The position numbers and the translations under genes were made by a program. From assembly GCF_036971445.1 (NCBI RefSeq), contig NC_091477.1:31186001-31250000 (forward strand): 64,000 nucleotides of DNA. The letters run 5' to 3'. The notes beneath the pieces were generated by a model. It was given only the letters and a program-made list of their open reading frames with translations. It did no database searches and was not told the origin of the DNA. The DNA comes from Narcine bancroftii (Eukaryota). How positions within the stretch are numbered: position 1 is the first letter of the stretch; each line of letters opens with the position of its first letter. Shown piece after piece: positions 50,936 to 64,000 of the stretch.

Positions 50936-53309
50936 CACTAGAATTTAGAAGAATTTGAAGGGATCTAAATGAAAATTCTGATTAAGCCTGGGAAATTTGT
51001 TTCCCCCCTGTCAACAGCATCGAGAAAAAAGTGTCAAGAGATTTTTAAATGAGATGAGAATGTGTTCCCCCACTCAGATCGTCATGAGCCTATATACTTT
51101 GCTTTGTACTTGGTTAAAGAGAGTGGGGTATTCAAAGCAATGGAAGAAAATATTCCTCTTCAACATATAACTATACAGGAACATGCACCTGAAATGCATT
51201 GTAGCAGCATTCATGTATGGTGAATATCTTCCTGAGTAGAACGTTAACATTAAAAATAATATGGCTGGCATCACATACCAGGTGGAAACAAAGTTACATA
51301 AAGTCTTTTCCATGAAATTAATTTAGCGGGAGCTCAAAGTGTCTTTAGGGTCACATAGAACAATCAATAGTTCTCTAAAGGATAGGTATGTTCTCTCTGC
51401 CTTGAGAATATAATGTGAATTATGAGACTCACTTGAATGTGGCATCAAAATGGCATCTGTTCTCAGTTTTATGTTGTGAGGAACAACAGAAGGAATTAAG
51501 TGGTTTACGTCTTCTCAAGGCAGGCTGGAAGGATCTCATATCATAAAAATTTTAGTAAGGTTAACTTTTTACCACCCCTGACTGGGATTTCCTTGTAGTT
51601 GAAATTAGCTGTAATTTTAATGAAGTGAGCTGGCTTAATTCAAATATTACATAAAAGAGCAAACACAAACTTCACAGACAATTGGAGTGATCTAGCTCTG
51701 CCTAACTTTTGAAACCAGTTGGTCTGCTAGTTCAATTCTTCACAACCCTTTTGCTTTTGGATGGATAGGATCAGGCCCAGCAGAATTTTTACTTACACTA
51801 TTGCTCAGGACAAGGACAGGAGCCCCAAGAAGAATGGTTCCTGTTGGCACGAGTGTGACAAATTCACTTTTGGTACTGGGCTGTAACTCCTCCTCCCCCA
51901 AACCCCACCAAGGTGTGATTGACAAGCAGAGTCAAGTTTCCAATAACCTAATCGAATACAGGGATGCTCATTGCTGGGAGAGGCACCAAGATGCATGCTT
52001 GACTACTTCTTTAAAAATAATCCTTCATGACTCCACAAAGAAATAGTGAACCATTGGTACCATTATTATGGCAAGAGAGTGAATGGGCAAGGAGGAGCCA
52101 TCCAAAGCAATAAATTCTTCTTGAACATTTTGATAGAAGAGGTGCACAAAGTCTTTTCCCCAATTCTTTTTATTTTCTGCCATCAGAGACAACATTAATT
52201 TGAAAATTATTCTGCCTGGCTCCATCCCTCCACTTCTCAGTCTATTTTAATGACATTAATGTAGGGTTTGACACTAAAATTTATGAGTTAAGCTGTAACT
52301 GGAAGCTTTTCCTCCTGTTCCTCTACTAAATTGTTTGATTAATTGGGCCTGATGGTTCTGTCAGTAATTATTACTGCCTGCATTAAAATTGACTGGTAAT
52401 GATATGGTCACAAGTAGATTTACTGCCAATAAACATGTTTTACTCAGTAGTAAATTCAGGCAAATGCAACTGAACATTACAAAACTGAATCCCAGGAAGT
52501 AATTGCTGGCACTGAAAAAGATCCACATAAAGTGGTGACATGATGGAAACATCAGTATCTGCAATTTAAACCAGTTCTACTGGCAGGCAAAAAAAAATTC
52601 ATCAACTGAGAATTACAATGCATGCATTTTGGTCACAATGCAGATGAAGGGATAAGAATAAAGACCACCTCCACAGGGGCTTGATAGAGATATTAAAGGA
52701 CTAAACAGAATTAAATGCTCCTGCTTGGATGTCTATCAGTGTCCATTTGTTGCTTCCCAGAGAGTACATGCCGTTGAGTACAGAAACCAATGGAGTTTTA
52801 ATTTTTTTTCAATAATTCCTTTCAAGAGTCAAATATAGAATTGAATGCTGATCAAAATATTAATTTCACATGCTGGAGGGGAAAAAAAATATCAGAGAAT
52901 CATTTCCATTTCAGTGAAAACAAATTCCAATTCATTGCATCCAAGCATTTTTGTCTGTAGCTCCCTTTTGTCATAGTAGAAACAATGTTTACCTTGGGTT
53001 ACAGCTGCTTGTGCCAAATTTAAAATAAATTTCTCTCAGCTTCAGGAAGTTGATTAATGTATTTTTTGATAAGGAAATGAAAAAGGACAGCTGATGTTAC
53101 ATAGCTGCGAGATAATGGAAATAATATTACTGCATTGCAAGCACTTTCATGTGTTAAATTTCTCCGTTATCTCAAAGGAAGTACTGTACAAGCCAGTTTC
53201 TCTTAATATGCAGTTATACTGCCAATAAATTTGTAGAGAAGTATGCTTCATAAATTAAATAAGAAAATTGAAGGGCTCAGGGTCAAAACATTAACTGTCC
53301 TTAACTTAA

Positions 53310-53550
53310 GGGCAGCATGGTCGGTGTTGCAGTTAGCGCCACGCTTTTACAGTGCCTGTGATCAGGACCAGTATTTGAATCCGGTGCTGTCTATATAGAG
53401 TTTGCACATTCTCCCCGTGTCTGTGTGGGTTTTCCCCGGCGGCTCCTGTTTCCACCCACTGTTTGAAATGTACTAGTGATGTAGGTTAATTAGACGGCAT
53501 GTACTCATGGGCCAAAATGGCCTGTTACCGTGCAGGATGCCTAAATTTAA
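53310..53550 (+). mobile_element. V-SINE (HE1-like), full length
   Basis: tRNA-like head, V-domain gagtttgcacattctccccgtgtctgtgtgggtttccccggcggctcctgtttccaccc, and tail atgggccaaaatggcctgttaccgtgc. Confidence 0.85.
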
Positions 53551-54038
53551 ATTTTTTTTTAAATTTTAAAATTCAAATTCTATACATACTTCTTGATCTG
53601 CTGAGTTTTTCCAGCACTTTTGTGTACTACACCTGACAAATTAAGTTGGAATATTTAATGTACGACTCCTCGAAATTTCTGACAAACATGATCAGTGTTC
53701 TAATTTTGCTAGCAACATATTGTCCTTCAAGAACAAGAAATTGGGTGTAAAATATGTACTGTTGGATTATTGCGGGTCTACAATGTAGACTGTATCCAAT
53801 CATTGTGGTGAATACATGTAGCATTTGAAAGATGCACAACCTGAAACATGGGGTTAGTAATCCTGAATTAATTTTAATTCACCACAATGACAGTGAACTG
53901 TAAAACCATTGGCAGTGAAGAAAACGCTGCAGATTTAAGACCATCATATGACGATTTTGCATTTACTTGTTAAAGATGCCATACTACTCCCATTGCAGCA
54001 AGCAACTTCACTCACTGCAAAATGGACAACCTGAAGTG

Positions 54039-54401
54039 TGTTAGGTCTGCTTTGTTCATGAATGAGTGAGACAAACACCAGGCTGAGTCAAAATCAGGGT
54101 TCTTTGTTCTTTATTACCGGATTGTAACACTTGCAACTAACCATGTTAGTCGGAGAATGCATTCTGCCGTTATCAGCAAAATGGTGATTTTTTATACCCT
54201 TGGATACATGCTTAGAACATCATCATATCATTACTTGTCCAATGACTAAAACTGTTGCTATCCTTTCCCTGCTAGCTTCCTGCCTCTCAATCCATCAATG
54301 TCTCTCTTATCTTGTAAGTACAAGGATGCATTCACATCTTGTTACAGCCCTGTACAGGGTAACTCCTTACACATTCCCATCTCATGATGTTTTACCTTAC
54401 A
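54039..54401 (-). mobile_element. Solo LTR with 4-bp TSD
   Basis: TGTTAGG...CCTTACA near-inverted termini; TSD AGTG at 54035-54038 and 54402-54405; minus-strand TATAAAA upstream of AATAAA. Confidence 0.85.
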
Positions 54402-55529
54402 AGTGTTATCAGGGAGCAATTTGCACATTTTCATCAAAACACATTTCTGAAGCAGTCAAGGAAAAAATTAGACAATGACATCAGAATCAAGTCTAATCAC
54501 CATCAGACACTAATTTCTGCACGAAGAAAGAATGGCAACAGAACGATTATTAGGATAGCACTTGTGTTATGTATTGATATTTTGATGGGGAATTTGTCAG
54601 GAGAAATACTTCAATAATGACAATAAATTTAGATCCAAATAACACAAAAAAAATCAGGAACAATTTAAGAAAATTGCAGATTTCTAAAGATCCATTCTGG
54701 AGACTCAAGTCCTCCTGCTCCAATAGTAAAGCTGCTACACGCAGCACATGGGTAAATGTTTTTTTTCTATAAATTATAAGAGTATTACCATTAAAATTAC
54801 ATTTCTAAACATTGCACACATGTTGCTTTTTTGAACTGCAGTAAATTTGGCCCATTCTGATTTAAACTTGCATCTCACAAGGATTCAGTTTTATCTCACC
54901 AAAGAATTAAAAGTGGTGTCTGTCATTTTTGGTCCTAAACACCATATCATCTTTTTGTTGAATCAGGAATTGATCAACAGAATGCATTTTCCTTAGGTTG
55001 GGGGTGGGAGGATGTTGGAGGGTAAATAAACCAAGGGGGCAAATCCAAGTTTGTGCAGAAAAACCATGTTGAGATTTTGCATACGGATTGAAAGTGTAAA
55101 GGGGAAGGCCATTATAATGAGGTGAGAGGAAGGAGTAAACAATAGGTAGATTAATGCAAGGAGGAATTGATGAACGGAGAGCCAGGAGGGAGAAGGATAG
55201 AAATAGCAGGAGGAGATAACTAATCAGTTGAAATTTTTTCAGTAGTCAATTGTTTGAATATACCACTATAACCAAATTCATCAGTGTGTGAAAGACTACA
55301 AGATTAAGAGGACAAGATATTTCTTAATTGAAACTCATGGCTGAAATGCAAGGTCAACATATTACTAAAAACCTGGTTAGAGACATTCAAGTCAGGTGAT
55401 TTAGTGCAATACAAGAAATTCAGGTACAATATCTGTTAGGCCTTCAGGGAAATAAGAAATAAACTACACCAAGCTCAGGTCACGCAAGAACATTGGGGAT
55501 ACCCGATGATTAATGAAGGGCATGCATAA

Positions 55530-56095
55530 TTTCAGTGGGTACAAGGAAACCAGACAGCTTGAAACAGTGCCCCACCCCAAGAAGCTTAATGCATTCTTTG
55601 CTGCTTTACTTTGAACAGGGTGCAAGTAAGACAGAGACATCCACCCCAACTGTTTCATGCTCTGCTATTTTGCCTAGTTACAGACGCTGACATCAGATCA
55701 GTCTTCTGAACAATGAAGTCATGGAAAGGGAACAGACCCAGATGGAATCACTTGGTCGCATCCTATCATTCAAAGACCAACAAGTACCACAAGAGGATTG
55801 CCTGCACTATTACAAAGCCATTTTTTTTTGCACTAGGATAACTGGAAGTATAGGAAGTCTCCCATGCCCCTCAACATCCACAGGTGCACCATCGAAAGCA
55901 TACTTGTTCGGTGCATCACACCATGGTACCCAACTGCTCCACCCATGATCAGAAGAATTATGCCAAAGGTGGTAAATGTAACTTGGAACATCACACAAAC
56001 CTCCCTCCCCTCCATCTACACTTCCTGTTCCCTGAGAAAAGCAGCCAAAATCCAACCCCAGCCACACTCTCCTGGAGGTACAAAAGACATTTGCT
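55530..56095 (+). mobile_element. Rex1/Babar-like LINE fragment, internally deleted
   Basis: HRCTIESILVRCITPWY...SLPSIYTSCSLRKAAKI remnant. Confidence 0.6.
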
Positions 56096-57477
56096 GAGCC
56101 TTAATGAAGTACATAAAAGTTCTGGAAAAACTCCTGAAGAATTAAGGTACAACAACATTGATTGCCTTTTATTTTCTATGTATGCTGCATGACCTGCTGA
56201 GTTTATCCAACAATTTTACATTCACCACACTCTCTTCTCTCTCCTCCAGTATACCAGGTATATACAGTGTAACAATTACACTTGGTCTGTCTCAAATTAC
56301 AGATTCTAATACGGCCCAGCAATAAATGATAGACATGCATATTTATTTTTTCTTGTTTCTCTCACACTTTCCATAAATAATGGAGTTGCATTTAGAGACT
56401 GGAGTAAAATATTCATAGAGTCTATTTGGTGCAGGACCAAAATCACTCAAAAAACACTGCTTTACCTGATTAAAATTCAAATCTAGTTTTGAGATTTTAT
56501 ATTTAGTTGGAAGAAATTGGGCTGGAATGAGGATCTTAAATGTCAATCTATGCTCCTCTTTTGTATTGTCATTCTGGATGAACTTGCAATAAATCATTCA
56601 AGGAGTTTTTATTTCCAGACCAGAGATACCTTGTAGAAAATCTTTTAAGGCTGTTTCAGACCTACGTCAGCTTCCATGGTACTTCAATTATGGGACTTTG
56701 CTTCAGACAGTTTTTGAGACTCGAGTTTTGCATTGCAAATGTTCTTCTTACAATTCATCCTTTAACCATGACTGTACAAGTGTTCATCTGCTGCAAGTAC
56801 AAGTGCAGCAAACTAATATTCCTTTCATGGTACTTTGTTACAAGAAAACAAATTGGATTTCATTTGATGTTTTCATTCTATTCTTAGATTTTGATTTCAT
56901 TCAGCCACACTTATTTTTAAATCACGCTTTGATAGTTGGAGAGATTCTGACACTCTGCGTACAGTTCCTGGAAAAGTCAAACAGCGCTTCATAGAATATA
57001 TTCTTAATAGTTACCTAGTGGCTCTGGGAAGAAGGGCACTTACTATGACATGCATTATTCCCAATTAAATCATATTTTTTCTGAGTTTTGAGGTTAACAG
57101 AATAAATTTGACTTCTGGAAATTTTCAATTGAAGAGCAAAATAAATGAAGAGATTAATAACATTTTTGACTATGGAGTACTATGCTGACAGGGCAAAATC
57201 TCCATATACCTACTTGTCTTCTCAACAAAGCAGACTAATATTTATCCAAGGGAAATTAAACGAATGCAGGTACTTCATACATCACAATTACACTTACAGT
57301 ACTAGGGTCGCTGATGCTAATTTGCTCAGATACAGATGATGATAAAATACTTACTTCAAAACATGTAACGAAATACGCAGTTAGTAGCAGCTTTTATTTT
57401 TAAAAAATGATTATGAACTTTATGCTTCACTACTCTTGCCAAAACAATGCATGTTTTCTTTTGTAAAATATTTATTG

Positions 57478-60400
57478 CAGTAAAACCCCTGGTATTTAGC
57501 ACCTCAGGGACTGGTAGATGCTGGTTGAGGGTATTTGCCGGTTATTTAGGATTGTGCGTTGCATGATCAGTAAATTAACTGCTCGACAACACCAAATTTA
57601 AACATTTGGTTTTTATAACGTATGTAGCGAGGTTGCTACGCTACAGTTAGGTGACAGCCCTAAGGGTGTAGCTCAAATCCGCAGGAGAAGAAAGACACAC
57701 TCACCAGTAGAGTGTATTCGACACTGAGTTTATTCAGTGGCAGCTCTGCCTTTTATAGTCAGCTTGGCTGCGTCATCACCAGGGCGTGGCTTGAGCGGGC
57801 CTGCTGCCAATTGGTTACCTCAGATGCCCAGGCCCTGATTGGGCCCCCTGCAATCCACTGGTGGTGATTGGCCAGTATCACTACTCTGCCGGCAGGTTAT
57901 GGAAACAGGCGTTTCAGCCCGCATGACGCTTTGCCAGTTGCCGCTACATGACTCCCTCCTTTTCACCCCCCTCCCCCCCCCCGAACCAGTGATTGGGGCA
58001 TTGTTTTTGAGGCCGACCCCTGCGCCGTGTAATGGGCTGGTCAAAGTCCAGGTAGGCCAGTTTCAACCAGTCTCGTGTCCCTGCTGCCAATGTCCAAAAC
58101 ACAAGTAGAGCTCTTGTGTCTGAGGACATGGTTTAGCCCCTCGTAGGCCTACTGTAGAGGTGGCCAGTGGGCCCCGTGCCAAACAAGCACATATTTACAG
58201 TCAGTAAAGTTCTTTGGTACGTAAGTGCAGTGTTGGCCGTGGGGTCTTGGTTTAGCAGGGGCCAGGGTGCCTAGGTGCTCATGTAGTCGGGATAATGTGG
58301 TCACCGGGGGCTCCCCAAAGTCCTCAGGGGCCGTAACTAATTCACCCAGTATAACTAGGGGTGCACCATAGACTAACTCAGCAGAGGATGCCTCGAGGTC
58401 TTCTTTGGACATGCTGCCCAAGCTTTGAGTAAAGCCCGTGCGCATCCTTCTGTGGAAGCCTCTGAAAGTGACACTGCCTCTGGCCATTTGGTCTTCTGGT
58501 CAACCATTGCGAGAAGGTAATGTGCACCTCTGGATACAGGTAGAAGACCCACAATGTTAATGTGCATGTGGCTGAAGCGGCGATATGCTGGCTCGAATAT
58601 CTATGGTGGAGCTTTGATACGAGTCTGAATTTTGGATAACTGGCACTGAGTACAAGTCCTGGCCCACAGGGTGACCTCTTTGCAGAGGTTGTGCCAGATA
58701 TACCTGTTTGCCACCATTTTGACTGTAGTCCTGATGGTGGAGTGAGCCAAGTTGTGTACCGAATTGAAAACCTGCCACTTCCATGCAGGCAGAATGACAG
58801 GGCAAGGTTTACCTGTTGAGATGTCACAGATCAGCATGCAATTGCCGGAGGCGATCTGGATGTCCTCCAGTTGTAAGCCAGTGAGCGCTGTCCAGTACGT
58901 TTGCTGTGCATTAGCCAGGGCCACATACTCAATGTCAGGTGTAGGGTCATACATCGCCAAGGTAGCCAGACAGGATAGGGCATCGGCCACCACAGTAGAT
59001 TTTCCAGCTATCTGTTCAATGTCCATTGTAAATTTGGAAATGTAGGACGGGTGCAGCTGTTGCCTGGCTGACCACAGATCTGACACCTTACTGAAGGCAA
59101 AAGCAAGGGATTTGTGGTCTGTGTCAATTTTGAACTTGATATCCACCAGAAGTGAGTTGGTCCAAAGGAAATCTGCACCCAGTAATGGTTGTTGCATGGC
59201 CGCTACCGTAAACTTCCAAGTGAATTGACTGTCCCCGAAGCATAGGGGAATGGTGCGGAAGCCGAATCTTCAGGCCATTTGCTTCTCGGAGCACCCAGCC
59301 CACTTTGCCACAGTGGGCCTCCAGGCTGGTTGGGGGAATGACGCTGTATTGTGCCCGTGTCCACCAAAAAAATGTCAGTCCGACAGGGAGTCTTGAATAT
59401 GTAGCGGGCTATACAGTTGGCCAGTCGTCGCAGCCATTAACAATGGCCGGCTTTAGTATTTCCCTGGAATGCACAGGGGAGCGGCATCGATGGGCCTCAG
59501 AACACAGGTGGGGTGTGGAAATCGGATGGTTGGTTGGTCGGTGGTCTTCCTGGCAGGGCACTGATGACGTGGTGCTGTCAACTGCTCAAGTGAAATGCAG
59601 GCATCCCTCTTTGCCACCTATAGCAGGTCTGCTCAGGCAGCCACCTTAATGGGGTCATTGAAGTTTTTCTTCGCAATGAGTGGCCTTTCCAGGAAGATTT
59701 GCTGTAACAGCGGGCAGGAAGTGTGGCCACCATTGAGAGAGAGCATGTCGCTTATGAGGCGGAAGGGGCCTTTTCTTCCAAACCATTGATATGCAACAGT
59801 CGGGCAGTGCGCTCATGTTTTGAGAGCCCAAAAGTGCAGGTTAACAGCTCTTTGATGGCCACATACCTTCCTTATTCCTTGGGCTGCTGGAGGAAGTCGA
59901 TGATGCAGGCTGCGGTGTCCTGATCGAGGGCAATGACCATGTGGTAGAAGCACGTGTCATTGGCAGAGATTCGTTGAATGGCGAACTGCGCCTTGGCTTG
60001 CTGGAACCACATATGTGGTTGCGATGTCCAGAAGCTGGGCAGCTTCAATGCTATGGCATTGATCACAGGTTGCTCTTCCATCTTCAGGTCCAAAGTGCCA
60101 TTTGGACCAGTCAAGGCCACCACTGTAGCAAGCTCGTTATGGCTACAACTAGGTTATAACTCTTGGTTATAGCCCTAAGGCTGTAGTTCAAATTCGCAGA
60201 AAACAGACACAAACACCAGTAGAGTGTATTCAGTGGCAGCTCTGCCTTTTATAGTTAGCTCAGCTGCGTCACCACCAGGACGTGGCTTGAGCAGGTCATC
60301 TGCCGATTGGTTACCTTGAATACCCAGACCTCGAGTGGGCCCCCTGTGATACAGGGGTTGGCCAGTTTCGCCATTCTACTGGCAGCCTATGAAAACGGGT

Positions 60401-60559
60401 GTTTCAGCCCGCATGATCTGTGGCTGGTCGCCGTGTTCAACGGCCATTTCCTGTGTTGGCCTGAAGCGCGGGTCACTACATGCATTTATTTTCTGCTGCC
60501 GTTTGCCAATTGCTTGAGGTTGCCATTTGCTTAAATTCCGGATACCAGGGATTTTGCAG
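57478..60559. mobile_element. Tigger-like MITE split by a Gypsy insertion (arms 57478-57622 and 60481-60559)
   Basis: Left TIR CAGTAAAACCCCTGGTAT; right ATACCAGGGATTTTGCAG followed by TA. Confidence 0.7.
57623..60480 (-). mobile_element. Gypsy LTR retrotransposon with RT/RNase H deleted
   Basis: LTRs 57623-57948 and 60124-60480 (TGTAG...CTACA), PBS TGGTGGCC, PPT ~57950-57982. Gag AIALKLPSFWTSQPHMWFQQAKAQF, protease end LLGADFL, integrase HHCC (HNLAH...CTQCQ) and core remnants. TSD degenerate (CGTA/TGCA). Confidence 0.93.
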
Positions 60560-61109
60560 TATCATATTTTTGTAATCATAATATTGTACAATCAATATAT
60601 TTTTAACAAAAATTGAGATTTATAAAATCACCAATATTTTCATTCAAGGAACAATTGTAATTGGAAATCCATTTTAATGCAATTCTCTATCCTACATTTT
60701 ATGACCATAGTTTTAAATTAAAAAAATCTCCCACTCTGACCTCTGCCTAAGTAATTGAATTTTTAAAAAATGGCTAGATACATTTCCATTAGGAATTTAC
60801 AATTGGATCTAGAACCATTTCTCACAATATAAAAAATAATTGTTGTGATAAGAGTGAAATATTATCCACTTCTCTTATATTTTCCACAGATTTGTTCCTA
60901 CTTCCCACTTCACTTTTATATCTTGCGATTGCTATGACTAAAGGACTTCGGTCAAATATCTTTGCAGAATGGTACATTCAGAATCTTGGAAGCTCATTTC
61001 AATTCCTTCAAGAGGGACAGCTGCTTCACAAGCAACTCCAATCCTGAGAAAATCTGTGCTGCCAAATGTATCAAGATGGGTGCCTTCAGCATGCACACAA
61101 TGCAAGGCC

Positions 61110-61725
61110 CCTCACACATGTAGAATTGCGGAGGAACATAGCAGGTCGGACACTATCCATGCGTAGAAATGGTCAGTGTTCAGTTCAAATACTTTTTCAA
61201 GACTAAAATAGAAATCAATGAAATTACATATATAAAGGCGGAAAGAAGCTAGGGGACAGGCTGAGAGGCAAACTTATAGGGCAGAATGCGGGAGAGGTGG
61301 AGAGGCAGGTTGAGGGAGAAACCATGAGGAAAGTGGGTAGGAGAGAGAAGAAGCAGATGGAAACAGTGCATTCCTACAATTCACAAAATCTGCTCAGGCC
61401 ATTAGGTTTAAGGCTGTCCAGGAGGAATACGATATTGTTCCTCGAGCTTATGTTTAGCCTCGTCCTGATAATGGATGAGATAAAAGACAGACACATCACT
61501 GAAGAAATCATTCTGGAGTTTAAAAAAAAGTCAGATGGAGGAAGCTCAAGCTTTGACCCACAAAAAGGAGTGTACTTGTTTGGCGAAGGGGTGGGTCACG
61601 TAATTTACTTTTGGTCTCACCAATGTCGAGAAGGTCACACCAGCTGTACCAAATGGAGCAGATTTGGTTGGCTGATGTGCATATAAAGCTCAAGATTCTA
61701 GCATTGCAGCTTTTGTGTTCCATCA
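61110..61725 (-). mobile_element. Penelope-like element remnant
   Basis: Same layout as 20095-20835; ttggtctcaccaatgtcgagaagg reads LLDIGETK on the minus strand (GIY-YIG YIGETK). Confidence 0.65.
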
Positions 61726-63870
61726 GCTATGCACCTTGATTTACAAGAGCATTAACACGGTACCAAGCTTTCCCATTTCCAAAGCCAGTCTTTTTTGCAG
61801 CCTTTGATCCATATATATATAAAATTTAATTGAAAACTTAATTTGCCTTGTACATTAATGATGAATTATCAAGAGTCAAATTTTTCTTTCCTTGGACATT
61901 TGCAGATTTATTCAAGCAACTTTATTCAAGCTCAAATGTGATTCAGGATCAGTTGCTGATTTATCCAATATCCTTTTGATAAGCACCACTGTGCAATGAA
62001 AATGTTAATGCATCCGGATATCCATTCCAATGAAAAACAAAATAAAAACATCTTGTGGAGTTGGCAAACATGGTGAACCATACAAATGTCTATATCGTCA
62101 ATAGGAAATAGAGAAAATCATTATTGAAAAATAATAAATGCCTTGATCATTGTTTGTTATTTTCTAACTATATATGGAAGTCTGCAAATTGTGATACGAT
62201 GCTACATGCAGGAATAAGCAACAATTATCTTGTATGGCTGAAACTGCTAATTACAAGAATATTACAACTGCAAGTAATTTTTTTGTTTGAAAAAAAAAAC
62301 ATGTATATTGTTAAATCAAATGAAATTCTATTCTCAGTCATGGGGATCATTAGGAAGGTAATTAGACTATTTCACAAATATTACCACCGGATAGTTTCAC
62401 CAGGATGTGTCACCTTTGAATTTCCTGATGCAGGACCTCAATACCTGCTAATAATAAGCTTCAGTCAAGGAGAATGAGTCATGGTTGGTACAGATACTGA
62501 GAAGCAAGCAAAAAAAACATTGGAAAAGAAAATTCCTCTCTGTTGACAGCTTCTCTAACAACAATTTTTTTTGCATGAAAAGCTTTCATTAAGATTTTTT
62601 AAAAAGCAAAAAAAAACTATTTGAAATTTATTTTCCACAATTTATTAATTGGTATTCATTAGTCTCAGGCTCAAAATGTCCTCTTTTAGTGTAAATGATT
62701 ACTGATAACAGATGAGTTTTAAACATTTGTGTTTCTCACTGGTATACAATGGATCTAACTTCCAGGCTTTATTGTGGGAAATGAATAAGCTCCTCATTAA
62801 AGATTGCAGAGTTGCCAAAAAAAGTGCATCGATTTACTGGTAAAAAAAAACAAATAACGTCAAAACATGCTTCGACTGGTTAGTTAATTCAGGGCAATGG
62901 AGTCAAGCTTCACTTTAGCCAGCAGAACATGAGCTCAAATGGAAATAGAACAGATGACCCAAGGACAAAGAAAACGTAGCCAACTACATCATTGGAGCTG
63001 GAGAATGGAGTGGGTCAGGAAACATTGACCTTTAACAAATAATGAAAATCCAAACAACTGGTTGATGAGGTTAAATAAATGTGGGCATCAGTCATCTGTA
63101 ACAGAATTTAAACATGATAAGAATCTCATCTGGGTTCAATAGCAGTGCCTTTAAATTAAGATCAACTTGAACTAAAAATCACCCACATCTCAACTATTCT
63201 ACATTGTAAATTCTAACATTGTGTCAGCTGTGCAATTCGAGAGATAACAAACTAAAAACAGGATTTGATATGTACAGCTATTGCTCTCCTGAAGGTGTCA
63301 GTTATGACAGATCACAATTGCTGGTTTCCTGTTATGGAGTTTGGGATGTCACTGGGATGGCTTCTAAATTGGTCAGGGCAGACATGTCTCTCATCATTGA
63401 TTGTGTGTCCACAGCTTTCTGTGGCATTGGAGCAAGGGTAATTTCCTGATCCTAAGAAATATAATATCCCATGCTTCTCTTTTATAAGTAGGTATATATG
63501 CTTTCTTGTGAACAACAATGCAATTGATATGCAAACAGAACAAAACCCTGTTCCCCCCAAGTATCCCAACATCTTAACATATGCAACATTATTTTTTTTT
63601 GTCCATTAGTAGGATAATAGATGCTAATTGAATTAGGAAGATATGATTTTGTGATTGGGTCTGCAATGCTTCATTAAATTAGTTCACACATGGCTATGAC
63701 GACATTGATGGAATTAGTAATTAAAATCAAATGACTGAAAAATAAGTATGCCAATGAATGAACAAGCCGATAAGTATGCCAAACTTTGTGAGACTAACTG
63801 CGTGCAGAAGATGAACACCTGAAACATGCTGATTTATTCATAAACAGCAGAGATATTGTCTTTCATAACA

Positions 63871-64000
63871 CGTTATGGGCCCAGAGGACCCCAAAACCCA
63901 GCAGCAATAGAAATTCACCAAGACAAATTATTACTTAAACAAAAGTTGATTTTAATTATCTTTAAACATGAAAACAGGATCAAACTTTAACTTATTACCC
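63871..64000. mobile_element. Probable start of an LTR, cut by the window edge
   Basis: Abrupt change at cgttatgggcccagaggaccccaaaacccagcagc, a (T/C)GTTA LTR-like terminus. The other end is not visible. Confidence 0.4.

Noticed and set aside
39150-64000. UNC5A exon 1 / promoter CpG island
   Set aside because: No signal-peptide exon or non-repeat CpG island seen; the CpG-rich parts belong to the Gypsy element.

Overview
This is vertebrate genomic DNA with no prokaryotic features. The repeat repertoire (HE1/V-SINEs, CR1, RTE, Rex/Babar, Penelope-like elements) points to a cartilaginous fish, probably a batoid; this is inference. The window lies inside a large minus-strand netrin receptor gene, most likely UNC5A. 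Two coding exons for the first Ig domain are visible (38928-39149 and 14314-14457), with GT-AG boundaries and about 24.5 kb between them. The signal-peptide exon and the next Ig2 exon were not found. The rest is intron filled with decayed transposons: two Gypsy proviruses, each nested in a Tigger-like MITE, plus solo LTRs, LINE fragments, SINEs, a Chapaev3 remnant, a composite hAT MITE, Penelope remnants with decayed hammerhead motifs, and a TSD-flanked histone H2B retrocopy ending in stem-loop + T9. Boundaries of old repeats were read by eye and are approximate unless a TSD or splice site is quoted.
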